Shown: one piece after another, positions 42,614-53,019 of the stretch
How positions within the stretch are numbered: the first letter of the stretch is position 1
Layout: each line of letters opens with the position of its first letter
Assembly (NCBI GenBank): GCA_963674755.2
Contig: CAXXVS010000002.1
Span: 2,112,001-2,176,000 of the forward strand
Length of the DNA: 64,000 nucleotides
DNA from: Desulfobacterales bacterium
GTDB taxonomy: Bacteria > Desulfobacterota > Desulfobacteria > Desulfobacterales > UBA5852
Reading direction: 5' to 3'
Notes under the pieces: model-generated
Told to the model about the DNA's origin: nothing
The model's input: only the letters and a program-made list of their open reading frames with translations
The model's database searches: none
Translations under genes and position numbers: made by a program

Positions 42614-42872
42614 ATGTAATCACAACCCACAAGCGAGCGGTATCACAAGTTCATTGAGGAAGGGCCGTAAGGCTGTTCGAGAAGTGAAACGCTGTTGCCA
42701 AGTGCTTAATGCGTCAAGGAAAATGACAATACATATAGCTCAATGTTGCTCGAAAAATAGTCGTCAATTGATGCCGCAGATATCCGTCGAATTCGGTTCC
42801 TGACGGGTTAGGCTAACGTTGTGTGGTCCTTTTACAATTCAATGAATCAACTACTAAGGAGACAGGTAAGCA

Positions 42873-43160
42873 ATGAAGATCAGACCGTTAAACGATCGAG
42901 TTCTGGTGCAACGCATGGAAGAAGAGACCAAAACCAAGGGCGGAATTATTATTCCTGATACGGCTAAAGAAAAGCCCGCCGAGGGCAAAATTGTTGCTGC
43001 GGGAAACGGCCGTTTGGGAGATGACGGCAAACGTATCCCCCTTGAAGTTAAAAAGGGCGACCGTGTGCTTTTCAGCAAGTACGGCGGCACCGAAGTCAAG
43101 GTGGAAGGTGAAGAATACCTGATTATGCGGGAAGACGACATTCTTGGAATCATCGAATAA
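42873..43160 (+). CDS. groES: Co-chaperonin GroES
   Basis: [31 protein letters not shown]. Confidence 0.98.
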   Translation: MKIRPLNDRVLVQRMEEETKTKGGIIIPDTAKEKPAEGKIVAAGNGRLGDDGKRIPLEVKKGDRVLFSKYGGTEVKVEGEEYLIMREDDILGIIE

Positions 43161-43183
43161 ATACTGAAACACACGGAGGTTAG

Positions 43184-44857
<1,674 letters not shown>

Positions 44858-44888
44858 ACAGCCCGTCCCACCAGTTTAACCTACACTA

Positions 44889-44932
44889 GTAAATAACCCC
44901 TCTGTCACATGGTGACAGGGGGGTTTACTTTT
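44889..44932 (+). terminator. Intrinsic terminator after groEL
   Basis: accccctctgtcac-atg-gtgacagggggggt hairpin followed by ttactttt. Confidence 0.75.
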
Positions 44933-45056
44933 GGATTTATGCCAGATCGCTTGACAATTATTAGGCTGGGGGATAATGATAAACTATTGATAGAATCCAT
45001 AATTTTATAGATGAAGTGCAATACTAACACAACTATCAGACGAATCGGAGCGATAC

Positions 45057-46079
45057 ATGAAAACGACAACCCCACTCCGAATCACGCTTGGGGCTTTCTT
45101 GCTTTCACTATTGATGCTGACGTTGCCCCTCGCCGCGTTAGCGGCAGGTAATATCGAAGACCACATCATCGAGACCGAAACCGGCATCTATTATATTGTC
45201 CAGCCAGGCGATACATTGTGGGATCTCTCGCGGCAATTTTCCGATTCTCCTTGGCTATGGCCGGAAATGTGGAATGAGAATCAACAAATTACAAATCCCC
45301 ATCTTATCTATCCCGGCGATCGTATCAAACTTTATCGGCGAACAGATGTCAATCGGGTCCAGACCGGTGTTTCAGGTCCTGAGCCTGCTGGAAAGACATT
45401 TACCTATCGCGATATGGATTCGGTCGGGTTCATCCGCAAAACCGCTCTTGAGCCTAGCGGCATCATCATTGATATCCAGCGGTCCAAAACGCTTGCCAGC
45501 GACTACGATGAAATCTATATCATGCCGGAAGCAGGCCATCCATTCGCCACAGGGGAGAAATATACCGTCTACCGCACCTTACAGAAAGAAATCCGGGACA
45601 ATAAGACAAACGCTTATATCGGCCTCCAGCATCTCCTCCTAGGTGTGATAGAAATTGTCAACGTTACACCCGATGTCGTGGTTGGAAAAATTAATAAGTC
45701 ATTCCGGGCCATCGAATTGGACGATCAGGTAACCCCCTATCTGAAGCGGCCAGAAATAATCGAAATCAAAGAAAGTGTACCGAACCTCAAGGGTAAACTC
45801 ATCGCATCTGAAGATCATCTCCGTTTGATTTCTCAATATCGGACGGCCTTTATCAACAAAGGCGAAGTTGACGGTATTGAACCCGGTCAATACTATACCG
45901 TCTACATCCAAAAGGAAAATCGTATCGTCAGCAATGGCCGGGAAAAAAACATAAATCTACCACCACAAAAATTGGGGTCGGTTCTTGTGTTGCTCACTGA
46001 GGAAAATACGGCGACCACTTTGGTCGTCCAATCCGATCCGGGAATCGGCCCATGGACACCTATCGCAAGCCCTTTTTAA
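45057..46079 (+). CDS. Secreted LysM-domain protein (TsaP-like, pilus secretin-associated)
   Basis: Signal peptide, YIVQPGDTLWDLS..PWLWPEMW..NPHLIYPGD, beta-rich C-terminus. Confidence 0.8.
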   Translation: MKTTTPLRITLGAFLLSLLMLTLPLAALAAGNIEDHIIETETGIYYIVQPGDTLWDLSRQFSDSPWLWPEMWNENQQITNPHLIYPGDRIKLYRRTDVNRVQTGVSGPEPAGKTFTYRDMDSVGFIRKTALEPSGIIIDIQRSKTLASDYDEIYIMPEAGHPFATGEKYTVYRTLQKEIRDNKTNAYIGLQHLLLGVIEIVNVTPDVVVGKINKSFRAIELDDQVTPYLKRPEIIEIKESVPNLKGKLIASEDHLRLISQYRTAFINKGEVDGIEPGQYYTVYIQKENRIVSNGREKNINLPPQKLGSVLVLLTEENTATTLVVQSDPGIGPWTPIASPF

Positions 46080-46104
46080 GGTAAACGACCCATACCCCAA
46101 AAAG

Positions 46105-46151
46105 CACAATGGGAGCGCCCCCTTCGGGAGGTTGCCCCCATTGCTTTTTTT
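46105..46151. terminator. Hairpin terminator between the convergent LysM and ATPase genes
   Basis: caatggg...cccattg stem with a T-run. Confidence 0.5.
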
Positions 46152-46180
46152 CACCTTATATTTAACGATCTGAACTTATT

Positions 46181-48010
46181 TCAAACGATGACCTTACGAG
46201 CGGCCGTGACCCGCAATACTTCCTCATAGGTTGTTACCCCGTCGAGCATCTTTTGGATGGCATTTTCGCGCAAGGTCACCATTCCCTCTTCAATGGCCCG
46301 CACTCTTATGGTTTCAATATTAGTCTTAGGCGTTGTCATTTTTTGAATGGCCTCTGAGTAGGGCATTACTTCAAACGCTGCGGATCGGCCGCGGTAACCC
46401 GTCTGGCGACAGCGGTTGCAGCCGCGCCCCCTGAATAGTTTGACGGCCCCTTTCAGCCCTGTATCAATACCGACGGCACGGAGGTCATTGGCGTCCATTG
46501 CAAAGGGCTCCTTGCAATAGTCACAGATAACACGGAGCAGGCGTTGGGCCATAATCCCCACCAGAGTGGCCTGAATGAGAAACGAGTGTACCCCCAAATC
46601 CAGTAAACGGGTAATGCTGCTGGGCGCATCATTGGTATGCAATGTCGATAATACCAGGTGACCTGTCAAAGCCGCCTGGACCGCATTTTCAGCGGTATCC
46701 AGGTCGCGCATCTCACCAATCATAATAATGTCCGGATCCTGACGTAAAATTGTTTTTAAAATCGATCCGAAGGTAACACCAACTGCCGGTTGGACACCGA
46801 TTTGATTGAAGTCCTCGTGGATCATCTCGATGGGATCTTCCACCGTCACAATATTGTTTTCAGGTGTTGAAACTTTGCGTAAGGCGGAATAAAGGGTCGT
46901 GGACTTGCCGCTTCCGGTGGGACCTGTAACCAGAATAATGCCATGAGGCATTCGGATAAATTCATTAAATTTGCGCAAGTCCTCGGGCATGAACCCCAAT
47001 CCATCCAGATCTTGAATCAGAATATCCGGATCCATTACGCGCATTACCATTTTTTCGCCAAATGCCACCGGCACTGAGGAGATGCGGATCTCCACTTCCA
47101 TCCCCCCCTTGTCCATCTTGATTCGGCCGTCCTGGGGGCGCCGTTTTTCGGCCATATTCATCCGTGACAATGCTTTGATGCGGGAGACAATGGCATTGTG
47201 AACCTTTTTGGGAAGCCGGTAGACAGTGTGCAGTACACCATCGATCCTCATCCGAACCAGTACAATCTCGCGTTTAGGTTCGATATGGATATCCGAAGCG
47301 CGCTGATCAAACGCGTAAATAAAAAGATGATTAACGGCATTAACGATATGTTGATCATTGGAAGGTAAATCATCGCCGGTCCTTAACCGGACATATTGTT
47401 CGAGATTGCCGATATCAATCGCTGATGAAGAAAAAAGGTCTTCGGCAGCGGCAATTGACCGTTTAAAACCGAAAAATTCGTTTAGCAGTTTGATGATATC
47501 GGTCTTGGAGCTGACCGTTGTCAGTACGCGCATATTGGTTACGCGCGCGACATCATCCATTACCTCCATATTAAACGGATTCGGAGTCGCCACCGTCAGA
47601 TTCCCGTTTTCAACCTTGATAGGCAACACAAGGTGCTTCATGGCAAAATTACGCGGAATCGTGGTCGTGACGACGTTGAGGTCTAATTTGAGGGGATCGA
47701 TTTTCTGGTAGGGAAGTTCCCACTCCCGTGCAAGGGCCTGGAAAATAGCATCTTCCTCCAAGCCGCCAGGCCGTCCATCGGCACGGGGCGGTTGCATGTG
47801 GGCAACGACATCCACAAATGTTACCGGATTGCTGATTTTAATACCAAAGGACGCATTACGCTTGCGGTTTTCGCGTTCCAGTTCCTGGAATATTTTTTCC
47901 CTTTGCACGAGAATTTGTTTAGCCTGCTCCTTCGTCAACAATTTTTGCATGATGAGGACACGGCAAACATCTTTAGGGGCAAAGGGGTCGTTAAGATCTT
48001 TGGGGGGCAT
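46181..48010 (-). CDS. GspE/PilB-family secretion/pilus assembly ATPase
   Basis: ASDIHIEP, RPQDGR, GPTGSGKST, TVEDPIE, LRQDPD, TGHLVLSTLHTND, CxxC...CxxC. Confidence 0.94.
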   Translation of the reverse strand: MPPKDLNDPFAPKDVCRVLIMQKLLTKEQAKQILVQREKIFQELERENRKRNASFGIKISNPVTFVDVVAHMQPPRADGRPGGLEEDAIFQALAREWELPYQKIDPLKLDLNVVTTTIPRNFAMKHLVLPIKVENGNLTVATPNPFNMEVMDDVARVTNMRVLTTVSSKTDIIKLLNEFFGFKRSIAAAEDLFSSSAIDIGNLEQYVRLRTGDDLPSNDQHIVNAVNHLFIYAFDQRASDIHIEPKREIVLVRMRIDGVLHTVYRLPKKVHNAIVSRIKALSRMNMAEKRRPQDGRIKMDKGGMEVEIRISSVPVAFGEKMVMRVMDPDILIQDLDGLGFMPEDLRKFNEFIRMPHGIILVTGPTGSGKSTTLYSALRKVSTPENNIVTVEDPIEMIHEDFNQIGVQPAVGVTFGSILKTILRQDPDIIMIGEMRDLDTAENAVQAALTGHLVLSTLHTNDAPSSITRLLDLGVHSFLIQATLVGIMAQRLLRVICDYCKEPFAMDANDLRAVGIDTGLKGAVKLFRGRGCNRCRQTGYRGRSAAFEVMPYSEAIQKMTTPKTNIETIRVRAIEEGMVTLRENAIQKMLDGVTTYEEVLRVTAARKVIV

Positions 48011-48456
48011 TAATTATCTTTCCTCCGAAGGGGTATCGCCGGGCAGCTGATCAGCATATTAAATCATGGCCTCACCCTTCTGCTGAAGAAACAAAGCTAC
48101 CCACTTCTTGCATAATATCAGGAGGTCTTGGCTTAATTTGCATATCCGATATTTTTTACCCCCTGTTGCAGCAATGGATAACGCACAGTCATGATTCTTT
48201 ACCTTGATGCGTTCAGGCTCAGAATAAGAGACGATAGATCAGATATCACGGAAAAGCAACGGCACCGTTGGGCAGGAGTAAAATATCCGCACTGTGAAAT
48301 CCTTTGGTTTAGCCATTGGATTCCATCTATAACAACATTGGTGGGAACGGCCTTGTGGTAAACAATAGCGAATGACAAGTCGACAATTAAAGCAATCTCA
48401 TGGAAACAACACTTCTGCCGTCAAACCATACGAAAAGATAAAATTCTCAAATCCAA

Positions 48457-50691
48457 TCACGCCATCTCAGTTATACGTCGATCTCGAGCTTCTTCCTTCG
48501 AACGTCCTGCCCATTCCAAAACCCTATTAACAAGAACTTCATGACGGCTATCTTTACTAAAAGACAGGAAATCCTCACGGCGATCGATAACCTTGTCGAT
48601 CATCCATTCATCACTGGCTCCACCTGATCGTCCCAAACCACGCACCAAAACCTTTAGGTGCTGTAAAAAGGCTTCAATAGTTGCTGTATCGCCAGCCAAT
48701 CGGTAAATCTCGGCATCCGGATTTCCGTATTCATTGATAGCGCTTCGCAAGACAGAACGGGCCACATCACCACCCAGCAGGGCTACGAAGATATGGATTT
48801 CCCGTTCGAGGGACAGCAGATATTTCAGATTCATATTATCTGTGCTGTCATAACCGGAATCAAGCGAAACGACGATTTTGCGGTGAATCGTCCTAATCTT
48901 TTCAAATAGGGCTTCATTCTCAGCATCAATCAGCATTAAAGCCGCTGTGGCAGCCTCACGATTAAGGCCTTCCTTGACAAGAAAAACTTCTTCCGGAGTA
49001 ATTTCGATATCAATATCTAATTCTTTATTATAACGTCGCAGAAGGAGATTGGCGAGCATCAAGGCATTACGGTCTGAAAAGTGTACGGCATCCGGTTCCT
49101 CCAGAAAATCCCCCAATAAAACCTGAAGCGCTTTTTCCGGTGTTTCCATCTTGGCAAACAGCAACTGCAATGCATTGAGAAAAGCGATACGATCGTCGCG
49201 TTGCATCGGCTGTTTCAAAAAATGCCATAGGATTTCGAAAACTTTCTCTTCATATCGGGAAAATTCGCTAACGCAGTCTTCAAATCCTATCTTGCTGAAT
49301 CGACCATCGGTATCGAAACATCTCTCAAGTAGATGCAGTATCTCTCTTACATCCATCGGAGAGATGTCGAAATCACGACTAAGGATTTCATAATCACGAG
49401 CGTTGAAAGGATTTTCCGTTCTGCTGATTTGTCGCATTTTCTCTCGGGTATCAAGGCGCCCTGCGTAAAAATCGATCATGCGGGTGGCTAGGTCGTGTAA
49501 CCGCCCAATTTTAAAGCTCTCCTTCCCTTCTTGAACCAAAAGGACACCACTCTCAACACGAAGCTGGCGAATGATGTCGTCCGGCACCTTTTCGATACGC
49601 CATTGAATATTGGTTAAAATCTCATCCTTGATCATATCTTTTTTGGGACGATCGCCAATCGCTTCGATCAGTTCTGAAACGCGCTTGAGTCGCAGCCCAA
49701 GCTCACGCGCGCTCACATGGTGGTAGTCACGGCCATAAAGGCTTTCGAGATAAAGGGCTTGGTCGGCGGATGTATTCTCAAATTCTTCATCCACAAGGCG
49801 GGCTATCTGAGCTTTCGCCTTGGGCAATTTTCCTACCGTCCGGTCCAGAAGAAGCCAGCGGATATTATTGAGTTCGATTGGTGGCAACATGAGCTTCTGG
49901 CGCAAGTTTTTTATGCCCGCTATGGCATCGTAAACCCCAGCATACCGATGAGCGCCGGTAGATGTATCGGATTCTTTTATCCAGCTGCAAACCTCCTTAA
50001 CAAGCGTCTTCATGGCTTCTGGTTGAATCCCATTCAGGCCTGCCAACATGGTCAGATTAGGATCTGGAAACCCTTTTTCATCTTTCATCACCGGTAACTT
50101 GACGACATCACCATCAATATTGACCTCAATATCCTCAGCTCTATTCAATGCGCCCTGGTATCTGGCAATGATCGAAACCGCCGTGCGCAGTCGTATTAAG
50201 GCATCGGGAGAACCATCCGGGAGTTTGAGGTGAATGGTCAGCACTTTGTGGTTGTTAAAAGTGGTGAAGGCTTTGGATATCAGCGCATTGAGGTAAGTCA
50301 TATGTTCGCCTAAACGGCGAATCATCATGGCAACCGTTTCCCGTTCCATGACAATATCACTGAAAAACACTTGATAATCCGGATGAGGACCATTTCCGCT
50401 TTGGGAAGACAGACGACAAGCACGAATTAACAGCGTGCCGTCATGGCCGGAACGTTTCTTTAGCTTTTCCAGCGTTTTGGTGAGTTGGGCATAGGGATCG
50501 ATCTGCATCGGAACATCAATGGTCTCTCCCATCGAATCCGAATCATCTCCCGTATTTGTTGCGGAATCGTGATCCCGACGAAGACAGGCACTCAGCAAAT
50601 GACAGAGTTCCACCAGCAGGGTAATTAGAGCATCGTTTCGCCCTTGGCTGTCGTATAAACTCTCGAGAATGGTGAGTTCCGTGTCATTCAT
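48457..50691 (-). CDS. Large hypothetical, predicted alpha-helical cytoplasmic protein (744 aa)
   Basis: Long ORF in an AT-richer region; no signal peptide and no motif that I recognise. Confidence 0.85.
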   Translation of the reverse strand: MNDTELTILESLYDSQGRNDALITLLVELCHLLSACLRRDHDSATNTGDDSDSMGETIDVPMQIDPYAQLTKTLEKLKKRSGHDGTLLIRACRLSSQSGNGPHPDYQVFFSDIVMERETVAMMIRRLGEHMTYLNALISKAFTTFNNHKVLTIHLKLPDGSPDALIRLRTAVSIIARYQGALNRAEDIEVNIDGDVVKLPVMKDEKGFPDPNLTMLAGLNGIQPEAMKTLVKEVCSWIKESDTSTGAHRYAGVYDAIAGIKNLRQKLMLPPIELNNIRWLLLDRTVGKLPKAKAQIARLVDEEFENTSADQALYLESLYGRDYHHVSARELGLRLKRVSELIEAIGDRPKKDMIKDEILTNIQWRIEKVPDDIIRQLRVESGVLLVQEGKESFKIGRLHDLATRMIDFYAGRLDTREKMRQISRTENPFNARDYEILSRDFDISPMDVREILHLLERCFDTDGRFSKIGFEDCVSEFSRYEEKVFEILWHFLKQPMQRDDRIAFLNALQLLFAKMETPEKALQVLLGDFLEEPDAVHFSDRNALMLANLLLRRYNKELDIDIEITPEEVFLVKEGLNREAATAALMLIDAENEALFEKIRTIHRKIVVSLDSGYDSTDNMNLKYLLSLEREIHIFVALLGGDVARSVLRSAINEYGNPDAEIYRLAGDTATIEAFLQHLKVLVRGLGRSGGASDEWMIDKVIDRREDFLSFSKDSRHEVLVNRVLEWAGRSKEEARDRRITEMA

Positions 50692-50795
50692 AGATTTTCC
50701 CCGGTCTTTCGCATTTTGATATGCAACACACTCAATAAATTAACCTTGTCTTATCGAACGGTTCGTCGAAAACACTGATGCACCGGTGGTGTCTA

Positions 50796-51910
50796 TTAAC
50801 CCGGCGATTATTCATACCAAAATACTGCGAAGTATGGTATAGTACTTCGCATGGAAACAACAGACACCAGAAAGCTTAAACCAGAGGTTCAAGAGCAACT
50901 GCGCCGACAAGTTGTAAGGCTTCGCAAAGCTGGCAAAACTTACAAAGAGATCGGTGAGGTTGTTGGCATTCACTACACTAATGCGTGCAAGATATTTAAA
51001 GCCTACGAAAAAGGCGGTCAAAATGCGATTAAGGCAAAGAAACGGGGGCGCAAAACCGGTAGTTGCCGAACGCTTGATCCAGAGCAGGAAAAGCAGCTGA
51101 AAAAGGTAATTACCGATAAAACCCCTGATCAACTCAAGTTCCCATTTGCCCTTTGGACCCGTCGGGCTGTCCAGCAGTTGATCACGCAGCTTTTTTCCAT
51201 CAATATGCCGATTCGCACCGTAGGTGAGTACCTCAACCGCTGGGGCTTTACCCCCCAAAAGCCTTTGCGCAGAGCCTATGAACAGAACCCAAAATTGGTT
51301 CAAAAATGGCTTGACGAAGAGTATCCCGCCATTGCAGTCAGGGCCAAGAAAGAAGACGCTGAGATCAATTGGGGGGATGAGACCGGGCTTTGCAGCGACA
51401 GTCAGCATGGCAGAAGCTATGCGCCAAGAGGAAAAACGCCTGCCATACGGCTCAATGCAAAAAAGGAAAGGGTCAACCTGATCTCTTCGATTACCAATCA
51501 GGGTAAAGTCCGTTTCATGATCTACAATCAGACAATGAACTCGCAGACCTTTATCAAATTTTGCAAACGATTGATAAAAGATGCCGACAAAAAGGTATTT
51601 TTGATTTTGGACAATCTGCGAGTTCATCATAGTCATATTGTCAAAGACTGGATCGATCAGCATAAAGACAAAATCGAACTGTTCTTTTTGCCCTCGTATT
51701 CGCCCGAATTGAATCCAGATGAATATTTGAACTGTGATTTGAAGGCCGGGGTTCATTCCGGTGCGCCAGCCAGGTCAAAATCCCAATTAAAGAGCAAGGC
51801 GCTAAGCCACCTTCGCATGCTACAAAAATTGCCAAGGCGCGTTGCAAAATACTTTAAACATCCTAAGATTGCTTACGCAGCATAATTGGTAACTATTATT
51901 GCCGGGTTAA
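50796..51910 (+). mobile_element. IS630-family insertion sequence, apparently complete
   Basis: Imperfect terminal inverted repeats TTAACCCGGC..AT.AT...TACCAA at both ends, flanked by TA at 50794-50795 and 51911-51912. Confidence 0.9.
50851..51885 (+). CDS. IS630-family DDE transposase
   Basis: N-terminal HTH, WGDETG, LDNLRVH, LPSYSPELNPDE. Confidence 0.95.
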   Translation: METTDTRKLKPEVQEQLRRQVVRLRKAGKTYKEIGEVVGIHYTNACKIFKAYEKGGQNAIKAKKRGRKTGSCRTLDPEQEKQLKKVITDKTPDQLKFPFALWTRRAVQQLITQLFSINMPIRTVGEYLNRWGFTPQKPLRRAYEQNPKLVQKWLDEEYPAIAVRAKKEDAEINWGDETGLCSDSQHGRSYAPRGKTPAIRLNAKKERVNLISSITNQGKVRFMIYNQTMNSQTFIKFCKRLIKDADKKVFLILDNLRVHHSHIVKDWIDQHKDKIELFFLPSYSPELNPDEYLNCDLKAGVHSGAPARSKSQLKSKALSHLRMLQKLPRRVAKYFKHPKIAYAA

Positions 51911-52160
51911 TAATTCTCAAGCGCCACTCTTTGGCAACACATGGGAAGGCATTTTGGTAAAACGGATGATGTTGTCTATCGCTATCCACCACCATGCATA
52001 TCAAATTACTAATGGGGTCCTTTTACGCCCGACACGTATTTCGTGTTTTAAGCAACAACAGTTGATTTAGAATCTCTTCATGTCGGGTAGGTTTTTACCC
52101 CATTAGTAGGTGTTGGGTTTTGTTACCATTAGGATTTCAAGTATCAGCCGACAACACTAT

Positions 52161-52703
52161 TTATGACCCAGATTCGTCTGGGCTCCCAAGCGCTTTTTGT
52201 ACCTCATCTACTTCCTTCTGGAATGCTTCGTGGCGTTTCTGATATTCAGCGATCTTCCGATTCAGTTTCTTGACTTTGCCATCGTATTCAGCAACCTTTT
52301 TAGCATCACGTCCGGCCAGTGAGCCCTCAAGGCTTTTTTTTTCCTTGAGCAGTTTGTATTTTTCTTCCATTAATTCAGCTAATTCGGCATCCAGCTTTTT
52401 TTTCTTCTGGTTGAGCTCCTCAATCTTTTTTTCATCTACAACGGGAGTTCCTGTACCGGAATCATCTTCAGCCGTACCGGCAGGAGCGTCGTCTTCTTTT
52501 GGTGTTGGGTCTACTTCAGGTGTTGCGGGTGCTTCTTCGTAGGTTTGGACTTTGGGGCGCTGATCTTCCGGCACTTCGGCAAGATCATAAGTATAACGAA
52601 TGACCCCTTGCGCATCTCTGTATTTGTAAATTTCGGCAGTTGCTATATTAAGACCGGCAACAAGCCACACCAAGCCAGTAACAAATAAGATTCGTATCAT
52701 CAT
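52161..52703 (-). CDS. DUF4124-like secreted protein with a C-terminal coiled coil
   Basis: Signal peptide then AEIYKYRDAQGVIRYT...P; start overlaps the upstream stop. Confidence 0.8.
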   Translation of the reverse strand: MMIRILFVTGLVWLVAGLNIATAEIYKYRDAQGVIRYTYDLAEVPEDQRPKVQTYEEAPATPEVDPTPKEDDAPAGTAEDDSGTGTPVVDEKKIEELNQKKKKLDAELAELMEEKYKLLKEKKSLEGSLAGRDAKKVAEYDGKVKKLNRKIAEYQKRHEAFQKEVDEVQKALGSPDESGS

Positions 52704-52990
52704 CACTCCGAACTTAGCCACATCTCATCAATTTGACCATCCGAATTGATGCTAAATCCCACCCTATCGCTTTCTCTGAAATCCGATAGACTGATTTGGG
52801 TCTTTTTATCCGCTGCAAAGAATAGAGCGCCAGGAGCAATCTTAAAGGTCACATCATCAAGAACGATGGTATCATTGCCCAAAATTGCCCCAATTTGGGT
52901 TGCCCCTGAATCACTCTGAGCTAACCCTAATACGGGGAGCGACACAAGCGCAAGCAGAATCATAGGTATAATAACGTATTGTTTCCTCAT
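52703..52990 (-). CDS. Small secreted beta-rich protein directly after pilY1 (PilY2-like position)
   Basis: Signal peptide MRKQYVII..., AGAGGAG RBS, IVLDDVTFKI...LSDFRESDRVGF...IDEMW pattern. Confidence 0.7.
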   Translation of the reverse strand: MRKQYVIIPMILLALVSLPVLGLAQSDSGATQIGAILGNDTIVLDDVTFKIAPGALFFAADKKTQISLSDFRESDRVGFSINSDGQIDEMWLSSE

Positions 52991-53019
52991 ATGCTCTTCT
53001 CCTCTTTTCGGACAATAGT

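Noticed and set aside
48128..48142. TTGGC...TTGCA resembling a sigma54 promoter
   Set aside because: GG-to-GC spacing is 2 nt too short, and it faces away from the adjacent minus-strand ATPase gene.
50812..51756. 314-aa ORF antisense to the IS630 transposase
   Set aside because: Shadow frame with no motifs; the element is fully explained by the plus-strand transposase.
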